Shown one piece after another: positions 37,430 to 49,660 of a stretch of DNA of 64,000 nucleotides. The position numbers and the translations under genes are program-made. The stretch is from Gammaproteobacteria bacterium (GTDB lineage: Bacteria; Pseudomonadota; Gammaproteobacteria; CBDBNL01; JAAOII01). Every line of letters starts with the position of its first letter. Within the stretch, counting starts at the first letter, position 1. Location of the stretch: the NCBI GenBank assembly GCA_965209035.1, contig OZ242372.1, forward strand, positions 256,001-320,000, read 5' to 3'. Under the pieces are notes generated by a model, which made no database searches, was not told the origin of the DNA, and was given only the letters and a program-made list of their open reading frames with translations.

Positions 37430-38800
37430 ATGACAAACCGTTTTGCCGGGCTTTTTCTTTGCCTTATCTTGCTTACGATACCAAATATTCGGGGGGTTCG
37501 GGCAAATGTTCTGGAAGATCTCCTCACAGCCGCGATGAAATATGACAATCAACTGCTTCTCGCCGAGGCACAATTAAACGAAGCAAAGTCGCGAGCGCGC
37601 GGTGCGGCCGGACAGATGGCGCCGCAAGTAACGGCAAGAGTGCAGAGTAACAGGCAGGATGGAAAGTGCTCGGGCGATTTTTGTTCGCAAAGTCCGACAT
37701 CGGGAGAGCGAGACGGAACAGCCACAACCCTTTCTTTGACACAATCTATTTACGAACCGGCGGTTCACTCGACTTTCAGAAGAGATCGAGCGCGTGCCGA
37801 ACAACGGGGATACTTATATGCTGCCGCGAGACTGGCTGTGTTTCAAAGGCTTTTGTCACAGTACATAGACATCCTCAAAGAAACGGACAGGCTGCGCACT
37901 CTGCGCTCGCAGCGAGAAACTGTGAGCAAACAAGCCGAGCGCGTGGCGGCATTGGTTGCCAACGGCGCACGCAGGCGGACAGACCTAACGGAAGCACTGG
38001 CGGCCAAAGATTTAAATGCGGCGCGTATTTTTCAAAGTGAAATCACTCTGCAGACTTTTTACGAGGGGTTGAGCGAAGCCACAAAACTTTCGATTAAGAA
38101 TCTGCCACCGATACGCAAGGATGTTAAATTACCCAAACTGGAACCCGCCAATGCGGCGCACTGGAAGCGGGAGGCATTGGAACAAAACTTCAACCTGAGG
38201 GCGGCACGCAAAGGAGTGGATGCGGCTCGTTTTGAAGTGCGGCGGCTTTCTTACGGCCCCGCACCAAAGTTAAATATTTATGCCGACTATACGGAAAGCA
38301 GTTTAAATTTGGAAGCGGGCAACCAAAATCAACGACAAACCGAAGTGGGTATCCGCTTGAGTTTACCGATCTACGAAGGCGGACTTTATGCGGACATCCG
38401 CGCCGCCAAATCGCAAAAAAGGCAGGCGGAACAACAACTTCTCCTCGCGGAATTGGAAGTTAAAACACTGGTCCCTTCGTTGGTTCGGTTGATCAATCGC
38501 GGGCAGGAGACGGTGGATGCCGCATTTCAAAACATGCGGGCAAAGGAAGAGAATGCCCGGCAAACCTCTTTGGAATACCGCGACGGGGCCGCGAGTATTA
38601 CGGAGTTTTTGGAATCTTACGACAACTTTTATCAAGCGGAAAGAGACTATTACGAGAGTTTGTATGCGCACATTATGAATTACGCGGATTTTTATGTTCG
38701 GACGGGAACATTAAATGAAAAGACCGTGCGCCCGTTTTATGACATAGCCGACTTTACCGATTACGACCCCGAAAATCCTGTTTACCCCGAAACGAATTAA
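37430..38800 (+). CDS. tolC: TolC-family outer membrane efflux protein
   Basis: Signal peptide, LSLTQSIY, LSLPIYEGG and helical repeats; divergent sequence. Confidence 0.78.
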   Translation: MTNRFAGLFLCLILLTIPNIRGVRANVLEDLLTAAMKYDNQLLLAEAQLNEAKSRARGAAGQMAPQVTARVQSNRQDGKCSGDFCSQSPTSGERDGTATTLSLTQSIYEPAVHSTFRRDRARAEQRGYLYAAARLAVFQRLLSQYIDILKETDRLRTLRSQRETVSKQAERVAALVANGARRRTDLTEALAAKDLNAARIFQSEITLQTFYEGLSEATKLSIKNLPPIRKDVKLPKLEPANAAHWKREALEQNFNLRAARKGVDAARFEVRRLSYGPAPKLNIYADYTESSLNLEAGNQNQRQTEVGIRLSLPIYEGGLYADIRAAKSQKRQAEQQLLLAELEVKTLVPSLVRLINRGQETVDAAFQNMRAKEENARQTSLEYRDGAASITEFLESYDNFYQAERDYYESLYAHIMNYADFYVRTGTLNEKTVRPFYDIADFTDYDPENPVYPETN

Positions 38801-38855
38801 TGTTTGTGTCGCGTACAGCCGGCACGCAAGATTGCAACTTTTCTTTTCTCTGCTT

Positions 38856-40919
38856 TTAAAGACTAATCAAGTCGCCCTTTTCTTCCAACCATTCCCGGCG
38901 TTCGGCTGCCAACTTCTTGGCAAATAATTTGGGAAGTCTTTGTTGAATCTCCGATTCGTCCTCCGTTTCCAACTGCAATAGTCTGCGCGTCGCGGGTGCC
39001 ATGGTGGTCTCGCGCAGTTGGCGCGCGTTCATTTCGCCGAGACCTTTAAATCTTTGAACATCCACTTTGCCCTTGCCTTTCATACCTGATAAAATCTTTT
39101 TTCTTTCGACATCATCCAGGGCATAAAAAACGGAGTTGCCGCGATCAATACGGTATAGCGGTGGCATGGCAACATACATATGACGCTCTCGGACCAATTG
39201 CGGAAAATGCTTAATAAACAACGCACAAAGAAGCGCCGCAATATGCATCCCGTCCGAATCCGCATCCGCAAGAATGCAGATTTTGTCGTAACGCAAACCG
39301 CCGAGATCTTCCGCCTTCGGCATGACGCCGATTGCCCTGATAATATCCAAAATTTCATTCGATTCAAGGATCTTTTGACCGTCCAGTTCCCATGTATTGA
39401 GAATCTTTCCTCTGAGCGGCAAGACCGCTTGGGTGTTTTTGTCCCGTGCCTGTTTGGCGGAACCGCCCGCCGAATCTCCTTCCACCAAAAACAGTTCCCG
39501 TTCTTCCGGTTTCTTTGAAATGCAGTCCGCCAACTTGCCGGGCAGGCCGCCGGATCGAAGTTGTTTGTTCTTTTTTGCAATGTTTGCTTGTCGGGCGCGT
39601 TCGCGCGCATTCTCGATCACCATCAACACGATCTTTTCCGCCGTCTGCGAGTGTGTGTTCAGCCAATTCAAAAATGTCTGTTTGACTTCGCCGGCAATAA
39701 ACGCCGTTTGATCCTGAGAAGTTAAACGCTCTTTGGTTTGACCGGCAAAATGCGGATTGCGAATCATCACGGACAACACATGACCGCAGTTCTTCCAAAT
39801 GTCTTCCGAAGACAGTTTTGTGTCTTTTGGTAACAGATTACGGTATTCGCAGAATTGTTTGATTCCTTCGTATAGCCCGCTGCGAAACGAGGTGACATGT
39901 GTCCCGCCCAAAATCGTCGGGATCAGGTTGACATAGGTTTCCGTAAGTGTCGGGTCGTCCTCCAAAGTCCACTGCACTCCCCAACTCAGTTGTCGCTCCG
40001 CGGAATGTGTCTCGCCGCAAACAGGTTCCGCAGGCAGGCATAGGATATCGCCGTTCATCTCTTGTATATACTCTCGAATACCTCCTTTGTAAAGCCAGGT
40101 TTGTTGTGTGTGCCTCGGGTTTCTTTTGCCGGCTGCCTGATGCGTATGATCCGTAAAACTTGTCCGCAATCCGGGACAGAGAACCGCTTTTGCCCGCAGT
40201 AAATGGATAATATAAGAAACGGAAAAATTGGGACTGTCAAAATAGTCAGTGCAGGGTCTGAAGGTGATGCGGGTGCCCCTTCCCCCTTTTTCTCCTCCTC
40301 CTATCAGACGGGGCGGATCCGAGTTCTCGGTCTCTTCGAGTTCCGCCTGTTTTTCGCCGTGCCGAAAAGACATCCGGTACTTCTTGCCGTTCTTCCATAT
40401 CTCTGCGATCAGTTCTTCGGAAAGAGCATTCACCACGGAAACTCCCACTCCGTGTAACCCGCCGGAAAAAATGTAATTCTTGTCGGAAAACTTCGCGCCG
40501 GAATGCAATCTTGTAAAAATCAGTTCCACACCGGTGACTCCGTGTTCGGGGTGAATATCCACAGGCAGGCCTCTGCCATCATCGGTCACTCGCACCCTAT
40601 TGTCGGGGAGAATCTCTACGGTTAAATTTTTGGCATGACCGGAAATAGCCTCGTCCACGCCGTTGTCAATGACTTCCTGTACCAAATGGCGCGGCGAGGA
40701 AGTATCCGTATACATTCCGGGGCGCTTGCGCACCGGGTCCAGTCCGACAAGAACCTCTATGGACGAAGCGTCATACTTATCTTTTATGTTTTTGAGGTTT
40801 TTGAGGTTTTTGATGCCTCTTGTATCTTTTGTGTTTTTTGTGTTTTTTGTAGCGGAGGCAATGGCGGTGACTGTCTCTTCTTCGAAAAGGTCCTTGTTCG
40901 CCTTATTCGTCTTGTTCAC
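38856..40919 (-). CDS. parE: DNA topoisomerase IV subunit B
   Basis: GLDPVRKRPGMYTDT, FLVEGDSAGGSAKQ, PLRGKILNTWE and ADADSDG. Confidence 0.96.
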   Translation of the reverse strand: MNKTNKANKDLFEEETVTAIASATKNTKNTKDTRGIKNLKNLKNIKDKYDASSIEVLVGLDPVRKRPGMYTDTSSPRHLVQEVIDNGVDEAISGHAKNLTVEILPDNRVRVTDDGRGLPVDIHPEHGVTGVELIFTRLHSGAKFSDKNYIFSGGLHGVGVSVVNALSEELIAEIWKNGKKYRMSFRHGEKQAELEETENSDPPRLIGGGEKGGRGTRITFRPCTDYFDSPNFSVSYIIHLLRAKAVLCPGLRTSFTDHTHQAAGKRNPRHTQQTWLYKGGIREYIQEMNGDILCLPAEPVCGETHSAERQLSWGVQWTLEDDPTLTETYVNLIPTILGGTHVTSFRSGLYEGIKQFCEYRNLLPKDTKLSSEDIWKNCGHVLSVMIRNPHFAGQTKERLTSQDQTAFIAGEVKQTFLNWLNTHSQTAEKIVLMVIENARERARQANIAKKNKQLRSGGLPGKLADCISKKPEERELFLVEGDSAGGSAKQARDKNTQAVLPLRGKILNTWELDGQKILESNEILDIIRAIGVMPKAEDLGGLRYDKICILADADSDGMHIAALLCALFIKHFPQLVRERHMYVAMPPLYRIDRGNSVFYALDDVERKKILSGMKGKGKVDVQRFKGLGEMNARQLRETTMAPATRRLLQLETEDESEIQQRLPKLFAKKLAAERREWLEEKGDLISL

Positions 40920-43522
40920 AGTGATTTTGTTTGTCCCGGCACAACAACAAATCGTTTGTCCTTATGGTCTATTTCTATCGAGGTCTCCGGCTGAATTGCA
41001 TCATTGAGGATCTTCTCGGCGAGAAGGTTTTCTATGTATTTTTGAATCACTCGTTTTAATGGTCTGGCACCGAACACTTCATTGTAGCCATAGTTTACAA
41101 GAACACGCTTGGCGTCATCGGTAATGTGCAGTCGGATTTTATATTCCGCCATCAATCTTTCCGCCAGGAGAGCAATTTGCAAGTCGGCAATTCGCATAAT
41201 CTCTTCTTTGGTGAGATGACGAAAAATGACCATCTCGTCTATCCGATTAACAAACTCGGGACGAAAATGCGCATTGACATGCCGCATCACCATATCATGC
41301 AGAACATCGTAAGGCTCGTCTTTGAGGCTGATAATATCCTTGGAACCCAAATTGGAGGTCATCACAATTACGGTATTCTTAAAATCTACCGTTCTCCCCT
41401 GTCCGTCCGTCAGGCGCCCGTCGTCAAGAACTTGCAAAAGGATGTTAAAGACATCTTTGTGCGCCTTTTCAACCTCATCCAAAAGAATCAACGAATAGGG
41501 ACGACGGCGGACTGCCTCCGTCAAACTTCCCCCCTCTTCGTAACCGACATAACCGGGCGGTGCCCCCACCAGGCGCGCCACCGAATGTTTTTCCATATAT
41601 TCGGACATGTCTATGCGGGTGATTGCATTTTGGTCGTCAAACATCACCTCCGCCAGAGCCCGACACAACTCCGTTTTACCGACTCCCGTGGGGCCCAGAA
41701 ACAGGAAAGAGCCGTTCGGGCGATTGGGGTCCGACAAGGCGGCACGGGCCCGCCGAATGGCGTTACTGACCGCGGTGACGGCTTCTTTTTGACCGATGAT
41801 GCGTTCCGCAAGTTGTTTTTCCATGTCCGCCAATTTCCGCTTTTCTCCTTTCAGCATACGTGTGACAGGAATGCCCGTCCATAATGCAACAATTTCCGCC
41901 ACTTCGTTTTCCGTTACCCGATTGCGAATCTGATTTTGTTTGGCTTCTTGCAGAGAGGTCATTTTCTTTAAGGCTGCTTCTTGCTTTTTCTCCAGGCCGG
42001 GAATCACCTCATACTCCAGTTCGGCAACACGCGTGAGTTCGCCATCCCGGCGTGCCGTCTCTTGTTCCATACGCGCTCTGTCCAATTCGCTTTTGAGTTC
42101 TTGGGATCTTTGCAGTTCGTTTTTTTCTTCCCGGAATTTCTCATGCAAAGAGTCGTATACGCGCTGACGCTCGGCAAGTTTCTTTTCCAATTCCAGCAGT
42201 TTCTGTTTGGATGTCTTGTCGTCTTCCTGTTTAAGGGCTTCGCATTCTATCTTCATTCGGATAATTTCCCGTTCCATCTTGTCCAGGGCTTCCGGCTTGG
42301 AATCCATTTCTATGCGGATGCGACTTGCCGCTTCATCTATCAGGTCAATGGCTTTGTCCGGCAATCGCCTGTCGCTGATATAACGCACGGACAAACTCAC
42401 CGCGGAAAGAAGCGCCTGATCCGTGATATCCACGCCATGGTGAATCTCGTACTTTTCTTTGAGGCCGCGCAGTATGGCAACAGTGTCTTCCGGCGACGGT
42501 TCTCCCACAAATACCTTTTGGAAACGGCGTTCCAGGGCGGCATCTTTTTCAATGTATTTTCTATATTCGTCCAAGGTGGTCGCACCCACGCAGTGGAGTT
42601 CGCCGCGGGCAAGCGCGGGCTTGAGCATATTACTCGCATCCATGGCACCGTCTCCCCGTCCCGCTCCAACCAGCGTGTGCATTTCGTCCATAAAAAGAAT
42701 GACTTGCCCTTCCAATTTTTGCAGTTCCTTAATCACGCTCTTAAGACGCTCTTCAAAATCGCCGCGAAACTTAGTGCCGGCGATCAATGCCCCCATATCC
42801 AAAGCAAGAACACGTTTGGTCTGCATGGACTGCGGAACCTCCCGATTGATCATTCTCTGAGCCAAACCTTCCACTATGGCGGTCTTGCCGACACCCGGTT
42901 CGCCAATGAGAACCGGATTATTTTTGTTGCGCCTTTGCAGAACCTGTATTGTCCTCCTGATCTCGTCATCCCTGCCGATGACAGGGTCTGTTTTTCCTGT
43001 CTTGGCGCGTTCGGTCAGATCAATGGTATAAAGCGACAAGGCACTTTCACCGCTTTCTTGGCCGGAACCTTCCACCTTGTCCTCGCCGCGCACATTTTTA
43101 ATGTCTTCCAAAAAAGTTTCTTTCTTTAACCCGAGGGAGCGTAAAACAGCCGACACAGGACCGCCGACATCCGTCGCAGCCGGCATCACCCACTCGCCGG
43201 AAACATAAGTATCGCCGTTATCCCGGGCATATTTTTCCGCCTGGCCAATTAACTTGATAAACCCGCGCCCGGCCGAGATGCCCGCATCGCCGTCGTTTTT
43301 GATGGTTGGCAGCTTATCCAGTTCTTTTTCCAGCTTCTTTTGCGCGACCGCAGGCGAAACCGATTGTTTTTCCACCAACTTGCATGCCAAACTTTCTTTG
43401 TCGCGCATCAAAGCAAGCAGAAGATGGGTCGGTTCCAGAGTTGCATGGTCCTTTTCTATGACCAAACTCTGGGCGTTTTGCAATGCCTGTTTTAGTCTGT
43501 CCGTATATTTGTCTTGTTGCAT
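40916..43522 (-). CDS. clpB: ATP-dependent chaperone ClpB
   Basis: Two AAA+ modules (GEPGVGKT and GPTGVGKT) and a middle coiled-coil domain. Confidence 0.97.
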   Translation of the reverse strand: MQQDKYTDRLKQALQNAQSLVIEKDHATLEPTHLLLALMRDKESLACKLVEKQSVSPAVAQKKLEKELDKLPTIKNDGDAGISAGRGFIKLIGQAEKYARDNGDTYVSGEWVMPAATDVGGPVSAVLRSLGLKKETFLEDIKNVRGEDKVEGSGQESGESALSLYTIDLTERAKTGKTDPVIGRDDEIRRTIQVLQRRNKNNPVLIGEPGVGKTAIVEGLAQRMINREVPQSMQTKRVLALDMGALIAGTKFRGDFEERLKSVIKELQKLEGQVILFMDEMHTLVGAGRGDGAMDASNMLKPALARGELHCVGATTLDEYRKYIEKDAALERRFQKVFVGEPSPEDTVAILRGLKEKYEIHHGVDITDQALLSAVSLSVRYISDRRLPDKAIDLIDEAASRIRIEMDSKPEALDKMEREIIRMKIECEALKQEDDKTSKQKLLELEKKLAERQRVYDSLHEKFREEKNELQRSQELKSELDRARMEQETARRDGELTRVAELEYEVIPGLEKKQEAALKKMTSLQEAKQNQIRNRVTENEVAEIVALWTGIPVTRMLKGEKRKLADMEKQLAERIIGQKEAVTAVSNAIRRARAALSDPNRPNGSFLFLGPTGVGKTELCRALAEVMFDDQNAITRIDMSEYMEKHSVARLVGAPPGYVGYEEGGSLTEAVRRRPYSLILLDEVEKAHKDVFNILLQVLDDGRLTDGQGRTVDFKNTVIVMTSNLGSKDIISLKDEPYDVLHDMVMRHVNAHFRPEFVNRIDEMVIFRHLTKEEIMRIADLQIALLAERLMAEYKIRLHITDDAKRVLVNYGYNEVFGARPLKRVIQKYIENLLAEKILNDAIQPETSIEIDHKDKRFVVVPGQTKSL

Positions 43523-43700
43523 ATTTGTTTACTTCCTCTCTTTTTCAATATAGGTATTATTGAGAAAAAAACAATTGAAGCGGGTTAGATATTGTGCCGG
43601 AAAATCACTTCCGGAATTCCGGAATTCAGGTGTTGCTTGTGCCGGCCGAAAAATCGGCGGCGGGACATCCGCAAGGACATCCATAAAGAAATGATGGATG

Positions 43701-45284
43701 TTAACCGTGCCAAAAACAACGATAACCCGTAAATGCCATTGCAATGCCGTGCCGGCGGGCTGCCTCTGTAACTTCTTCGTCTCGCTTGGAGCCACCCGGC
43801 TGAATCACTGCTGTGATTCCCGCTTCCGCTATTAATGCAACGGAATCGGCAAACGGAAAGAAACCGTCCGATGCCAGGACGGCGTCCTTTAAACCGGCTC
43901 CGTTATCCTTGGCGCGCATGATGGCCGATCTGACCGCAAAGACGCGACTGGTCTGCCCGGCACCGATCCCGCATGTGGCTCGGTTTTTGGCAATCACAAT
44001 GGCGTTGGAGCGACAGAACCGAACGGTCTGCCAGGCAAATATCAAGTCTGCCACAACAGAAGTGTCCGGGGGCTTCGGTGTCACCCAACGCAGGTCCTCT
44101 TCCGTGAGTTGTTGATTGTCCGGCGACTGAAGCAACCAGCCGCCGTTGACCTTTCGGGTTTCCGGCATCGGTTGGGTTTGCCGGCCGGAAGCATCGCCAA
44201 TATTCTCCGTTTCCCCCACAACAAAGACACGCAGGTTTCTTTTTTTCTTGAAAATCTCAGCCGCTTCGGGAAGAATTTCCGGGGCAATAACAAGTTCCGC
44301 AAACTGCTCGCTGACAGCCAAAGCGGTTTCCCGATCCAATGCGCTGTTGAAGGCGATGACACCGCCAAATGCCGATTCCGGATCGGCACGGTAGGCCGCC
44401 CGATAGGCATCTGCCGGGCCTCCTCTTTCCGCAACTCCGCAAGATTGGGCGTGTTTGATAATGGCACAAGCGGGTTCCGTAAACGAACGGACAATTCGCA
44501 GCGCCATATCCGCATCGGCATAGTTGTTGTAGGATGGTTCCTTGCCTTGTAACAGTTTGGCGGCAGCCAGTCCGACCGGCGGCATCGCATCCGCATAAAA
44601 TGTGCCGGTCTGATGCGGGTTCTCACCGTAACGCAATTCCTTGGCGGCATAGCCGCCAAATAGAAAAACAGACGATTCAGGGGCTTCCCGGTGATAATCT
44701 GCGGCGAAATAGGAGGCGATTTGTCTGTCATAATCCGCGGTGAGTAGAAACGCATCGCGAACCCTGGCACGCCGAAAGGCATCCGACACCTTGCCTGAGT
44801 GCGCATCAAGTTCCCGTCCCAGTGCCTCATAATCATCCGGCGATGTGATCAGAACAACATTATGATGATTTTTTGCCGCAGCGCGTATCAATGTGATGCC
44901 TCCTATATCAATGTTTTCTATGATCTCTTCGGCTGAGCCGCCCCGTCTGCGGACCGCGGCAAAAGGATAAAGATTGACAATCACCAGGTCAATGTGTTCG
45001 ATTCCCTCTTGTTCCAGATCTCGCAGATCTTCCCGATGCCCCTTGCGTGCCAAGATACCGGCATGAATCGCCGGGTGCAGCGTCTTCACCCGCCCGCCCA
45101 ATCTTTCCGGGAAACCCGTTACCTCCGCAACGGAGGATACGCTTATCCCAAATCCGGCAAGTGCCTCGGCGGTCTTGCCTGTGGACAAGACCGCGATTTG
45201 ATGCTTTTTGAGAGTCCCGGCAAGAGTTTCCAGACCACTTTTGTCGGAAAGGCTAACCAGAGCGCGATTAATTTTCAACATCAT
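43701..45284 (-). CDS. purH: Bifunctional AICAR transformylase/IMP cyclohydrolase
   Basis: GRVKTLHP, IDIGG, LRYGENPHQ, ASDGFFPF and IQPGGS. Confidence 0.97.
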   Translation of the reverse strand: MMLKINRALVSLSDKSGLETLAGTLKKHQIAVLSTGKTAEALAGFGISVSSVAEVTGFPERLGGRVKTLHPAIHAGILARKGHREDLRDLEQEGIEHIDLVIVNLYPFAAVRRRGGSAEEIIENIDIGGITLIRAAAKNHHNVVLITSPDDYEALGRELDAHSGKVSDAFRRARVRDAFLLTADYDRQIASYFAADYHREAPESSVFLFGGYAAKELRYGENPHQTGTFYADAMPPVGLAAAKLLQGKEPSYNNYADADMALRIVRSFTEPACAIIKHAQSCGVAERGGPADAYRAAYRADPESAFGGVIAFNSALDRETALAVSEQFAELVIAPEILPEAAEIFKKKRNLRVFVVGETENIGDASGRQTQPMPETRKVNGGWLLQSPDNQQLTEEDLRWVTPKPPDTSVVADLIFAWQTVRFCRSNAIVIAKNRATCGIGAGQTSRVFAVRSAIMRAKDNGAGLKDAVLASDGFFPFADSVALIAEAGITAVIQPGGSKRDEEVTEAARRHGIAMAFTGYRCFWHG

Positions 45285-45437
45285 CCGCTCTTGCTCTCCA
45301 AGTGTCCGGGTGCCAAAATGCCCGGCAAGTTCTAACTACCCGCAGGCGGTTTTCGTTCGCCTCGTTTGTTTCAAATGTTTCAAACCGCACCCCAAAGTTT
45401 CCGGAATACCCGGAAGATTTGGAATCTATGCCGAAGA

Positions 45438-47513
45438 CTAGGCCGACAGGGCTTCTTTGATACTGAGCCTAATTTTTCCTCTGTCCAAACCCAGAACCTT
45501 GACTCGCACCTTTTGCCCGACTTGCAGATAATCTTCCACCTTCTCCACACGCTCTTTGGCAATCTGGGAGATATGCACAAGACCGCTCTGATTGGGAAGG
45601 ATTTCCACGATCGCTCCCACCGGAATAATGCGGACAACCTCGCCCTCATACACCATACCGATTTCCGGTTCAACGATGACCTTTTCTATCTCTTCTTTGG
45701 CGGCAAAAGCACCCGCACGATCTTCGCCGTAAATGGTGATGTTCCCTTCTTCTATGTCAATATCGGTTTTGGTGCGCTCCGTGATCCCGCGAATCACACT
45801 GCCTCCCTTGCCGATCACATCGCGCGTTTTTTCCGGATTGATCGTCATTGTCAGCATATAAGGCGCCAAAGGAGATATTTCCTCGCGCGAAGCGGGCAGC
45901 GCCTTGTTCATCTCAGTTAAGATCAACATCCGTGCTTCATGCGCTTGTTGCAGGGCTTCCTTCATAATTTCGGGCGTAACACCCTCAATTTTGATGTCCA
46001 TCTGCAAGGCGGTCACGCCGTTCTTGGTGCCGGCAACCTTAAAGTCCATATCCCCGAGATGATCCTCATCACCCATGATGTCCGTTAAGACGGCATGCTT
46101 GTCGCCTTCTTTAATCAGACCCATGGCAACTCCGGCAACTGGCTCTTTAATCGGAACACCCGCATCCATCAACGCCAAACTTGCGCCACAGACTGTTGCC
46201 ATGGAGCTGGAACCGTTGGATTCGGTGATTTCGGAAACCACCCGCAGCATATAAGGGAAATCCTCTTCGTTCGGCAAAAGAGCACGCAGGGCGCGCAACG
46301 CCAGACGGCCGTGTCCTATTTCACGCCTTTTGGTAGAGCCGATAAAAGAAATTTCACCGACACAAAAAGGAGGAAAATTGTAATGCAACAAGAAGTGATC
46401 CTTGTGTTCGCCTTCCAAAGCGTCTATGATCTGTGCATTTCTCTTGCCGGCAAGCGTGGCAGTAACCACAGCCTGCGTCTCACCGCGCGTGAACAGGGCG
46501 GAGCCATGAACACTTGGCAAGAGGCCCGCATCAATCGAGATGGGACGCACCGTTTTGGTGTCTCTGCCGTCTATGCGCGGTTCTCCTTTGAGAATGGCAT
46601 TTCGCATCACCTCGGCACTGACACTTTCCAACAGCATACCCACAGACTGGGTTTGCTCCGCGTCATCGGCGTCCGCATGCTTGGCAAAAATCTCTTCCCG
46701 GAGAGTATCCACCTGAGCCCCGCGCTCCTGCTTGTCTCGCACGGAATAAATTTCTTTAAGTTTTGCGCCGTGTTCTGTCGCAATTTTCTCACGCAGATCG
46801 GGAAGTTTTTCTTGCGGAGATTTCCATTCCCACCTGGGTTTCCCCGCTTTTTGGGTCAATTCGGAAATCGCGTTGATTGCTGTTTGCATGTTTGTGTGGG
46901 CGAATTCTACCGCACCCAACATCGTCTCCTCCGGCAATTCAGCGGCTTCGGATTCCACCATCAGAACGGCATCCTTTGTTCCCGCAACCACCATATCCAA
47001 CTTTGAATCTTTCAACCGGCTATAAGTCGGGTTCAACAAATATTGCCCGTCCGCACCATAACCGACGCGCAATGCCCCCAGAATGCCCTTGACAGGCAAG
47101 CCGGAAAGACTCAACGCGGCCGATGCGCCCAAAAGCGCACAGATGTCCGGATCCACATTTTTATCGGTGGAAAGAACGGTGCACATCACCTGCACTTCGT
47201 TGCGAAACTCTTTGGGGAAAAGCGGTCGCAAGGGTCGGTCTATGAGACGAGATGTAAGAACCTCTTTTTCACCGGGTTTTGCTTCTCTTCTAAAAAAACT
47301 GCCCGGAATTCTGCCGGCAGCATATGTCTTTTCTATGTAGTGAACCGACAAAGGAAAGAAGGGATTGACCGCTCCTTTCTTATAGGCAACCAGAGTTACC
47401 AAAACCCCGGTGTTTCCTCGGCGCACCATCACGGCGGAAGTCGCCTGACGGGCAATACGGCCTGTTTCCAAAATGTACTCGCCGTCGCCGTAATTAAATG
47501 TTACTGTTTCCAT
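45438..47513 (-). CDS. pnp: Polyribonucleotide nucleotidyltransferase
   Basis: [27 protein letters not shown] and KH/S1 domains. Confidence 0.97.
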   Translation of the reverse strand: METVTFNYGDGEYILETGRIARQATSAVMVRRGNTGVLVTLVAYKKGAVNPFFPLSVHYIEKTYAAGRIPGSFFRREAKPGEKEVLTSRLIDRPLRPLFPKEFRNEVQVMCTVLSTDKNVDPDICALLGASAALSLSGLPVKGILGALRVGYGADGQYLLNPTYSRLKDSKLDMVVAGTKDAVLMVESEAAELPEETMLGAVEFAHTNMQTAINAISELTQKAGKPRWEWKSPQEKLPDLREKIATEHGAKLKEIYSVRDKQERGAQVDTLREEIFAKHADADDAEQTQSVGMLLESVSAEVMRNAILKGEPRIDGRDTKTVRPISIDAGLLPSVHGSALFTRGETQAVVTATLAGKRNAQIIDALEGEHKDHFLLHYNFPPFCVGEISFIGSTKRREIGHGRLALRALRALLPNEEDFPYMLRVVSEITESNGSSSMATVCGASLALMDAGVPIKEPVAGVAMGLIKEGDKHAVLTDIMGDEDHLGDMDFKVAGTKNGVTALQMDIKIEGVTPEIMKEALQQAHEARMLILTEMNKALPASREEISPLAPYMLTMTINPEKTRDVIGKGGSVIRGITERTKTDIDIEEGNITIYGEDRAGAFAAKEEIEKVIVEPEIGMVYEGEVVRIIPVGAIVEILPNQSGLVHISQIAKERVEKVEDYLQVGQKVRVKVLGLDRGKIRLSIKEALSA

Positions 47514-47516
47514 GGT

Positions 47517-47819
47517 TTATCCTCTAATTCCAAGTTTTCCAATCAGTGTCTTATAGGCATTGGGGGTCTTGTCCTTCATATAACGCATTAGTTTGCGTCT
47601 TTTTTCAATCTTTTCCCTCAAGCCGTGTCTGGAATGGTGATCCTTGGCATGTGTTGTAAAATGTTGTTGCAAATGCCGAATACCTTCGGTTAAAAGTGCG
47701 ATTTGCACCCCGGAAGATCCGGTGTCCTTGTCTTTTGTTTGATAGGTTTCAATCACAGATTTTTTTAATTCTTGCTGCCCTTGAAATTCTTTCCGTTCCT
47801 TATCTTGTTTATTTTTCAT
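47517..47819 (-). CDS. rpsO: 30S ribosomal protein S15
   Basis: DTGSSGVQIALLT and KDHHSRHGL. Confidence 0.95.
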   Translation of the reverse strand: MKNKQDKERKEFQGQQELKKSVIETYQTKDKDTGSSGVQIALLTEGIRHLQQHFTTHAKDHHSRHGLREKIEKRRKLMRYMKDKTPNAYKTLIGKLGIRG

Positions 47820-47937
47820 GTTCTTATAATTTTTTATAACTTGTAATGTTCTTATTATACCTTTATAAACCTCGGCAGTTGTTAAGTTCTTTCGGACTTA
47901 TCCGTAAAAATAAAAAATAAATAACCAATAAATAAAA

Positions 47938-48729
47938 ATGTTTTTCGGCTTTGATATCAATGTTCTGCTTTTAATCCTTGTCATCGTCACAGGTGTCGTC
48001 TGGGGAGCACATCTGTTGTTGGCGGGAGCAAAGGCCAAGGTTGTTGCCAAGCAGAAACCGCCCTGGTGGCTGGACTATTCGCGCTCCTTTTTTCCGATTT
48101 TATTGGCCGTATTTGTTTTTCGCGCCTTTTTGTTTGAACCTTACCAGATCCCCAGCGGCTCTATGTTGCCATCTTTGCGCTCGGGTGATTTTATCCTGGT
48201 CAACAAGTATACCTATGGTTTGCATCTCCCCGTGAATAATCTGCAGCTTACCAAAGGTGCCACCCCCAAGCGGGGAGAAGTCGTTGTATTTGACTTCCCG
48301 CCGGACCCGCGTGTTCGGTATATTAAACGCCTGATCGGACTGCCGGGCGACAAGATCCTTTACCGGAATAAAACTCTGACCATTAACGACGCCGAAATAA
48401 CTTATGAGACCAATGGCGAGGATGCGGACATATTTTGGGAATATCTCCGAGATAGCGAAGGTTCGGGGGCAAGAAAAGGCGAAGGCGAAACAGAAAGAGA
48501 AGCGCATGCAATTCGCCTGGACCCGCTGCTACCGAGCGGCGAAGGCCAATGGACAGTCCCGCCGGGACATTACTTTGTGATGGGCGATAATCGGGATAAC
48601 AGCAACGACAGTCGCTATTGGGGTTTCGTCCCTCGCAAAAACATGGTAGGCAAGGCCGTGTATATTTGGATGCATTGGAAATCTTGGAAGGAGCTGCCGG
48701 GTTTTGAGCGTAATAAGCGCATCCGGTAA
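47938..48729 (+). CDS. lepB: Signal peptidase I
   Basis: IPSGSM, YIKRLIGLPGD and MGDNRDNSNDSRYWG. Confidence 0.96.
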   Translation: MFFGFDINVLLLILVIVTGVVWGAHLLLAGAKAKVVAKQKPPWWLDYSRSFFPILLAVFVFRAFLFEPYQIPSGSMLPSLRSGDFILVNKYTYGLHLPVNNLQLTKGATPKRGEVVVFDFPPDPRVRYIKRLIGLPGDKILYRNKTLTINDAEITYETNGEDADIFWEYLRDSEGSGARKGEGETEREAHAIRLDPLLPSGEGQWTVPPGHYFVMGDNRDNSNDSRYWGFVPRKNMVGKAVYIWMHWKSWKELPGFERNKRIR

Positions 48730-48787
48730 CAGGCACTCTCGGACATTCCTCGTCATTAAAATTGAAGATGAATGAATATGAATCAAG

Positions 48788-49462
48788 ATGAAGAATGAAC
48801 ATAACGACCATAAGAACCATTGCCCGGGGGCTGCTCCTTATATTTGGCGGGCGGAGAACATCGACGCAACCCGCCGCTTGGCAGAGTATCTGGCACAGGC
48901 ATTAAAAGACCATACGGAAACGAGCGACAACAAAGCAGAGCCAAATATTCCTCTCGTTTTTTTCTTATCCGCTCCGCTGGGTGGGGGTAAAACGACATTC
49001 TGCCGCTTTGTTTTGCAAAAACTAGGTTGGTCGGGGATTGTACCCAGTCCCAGTTTCGGTCTTCGGCATTCCTACAAGATTCCGAATATGCATCTCCATT
49101 TGCATCATCTGGATGCTTACAGGATCGACGAGCCGGGAGAGTTTGAGGAACTCTGTGATGCGGAACTGTCGGCTTCCAATTCGGTGCTGTTAATAGAATG
49201 GCCGGAGCATATCGGCACCTTTCCGAAACCGGATATTGTTATCCGTATTTGTTATGGGTGGGCAGTGGAAACCACAACCAGTGCGGGTGATATGGGCGAG
49301 ATGGGCGGACCGGGTGCCACGGGCAGTTCCGGTGGGGCCAACGGTGAGGCCCACAGAGAGAACGGCAATGCACGAATCTTTACCATCACACCGAAAAGCC
49401 CCCGCGGAGAGACACTGTTACAGTGCATTCGGCAACAAGGGCAGCAAGAGCAACAAGAGTAA
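48788..49462 (+). CDS. tsaE: tRNA threonylcarbamoyladenosine biosynthesis ATPase
   Basis: LGGGKTTF, SPSF, HLDAYRI and LIEWPE; Gly-rich insertion near the C-terminus. Confidence 0.88.
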   Translation: MKNEHNDHKNHCPGAAPYIWRAENIDATRRLAEYLAQALKDHTETSDNKAEPNIPLVFFLSAPLGGGKTTFCRFVLQKLGWSGIVPSPSFGLRHSYKIPNMHLHLHHLDAYRIDEPGEFEELCDAELSASNSVLLIEWPEHIGTFPKPDIVIRICYGWAVETTTSAGDMGEMGGPGATGSSGGANGEAHRENGNARIFTITPKSPRGETLLQCIRQQGQQEQQE

Positions 49463-49611
49463 CGAGAAAAAGAGAAGTTACTTCTCTTATTAAACTAAAT
49501 CGGAGGAACAACAAAGCAGACCGGGGTGTTTCCTCCTGCTCGCTTTTGTCCGCTTCATCGCGGATGGCGGGGGCGGCGGTAATTTGCTATGCTATGTATG
49601 CAATGCAAAGC

Positions 49612-49638
49612 AAAAAAAAGGGAGCCGAAGCTCCCTTT
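49612..49638 (-). terminator. Intrinsic terminator of the porin gene
   Basis: AAAGGGAGC-CGAA-GCTCCCTTT on the + strand, with a long U-tract on the minus strand. Confidence 0.85.
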
Positions 49639-49660
49639 GATGAAATAAGGTTTCTAACAG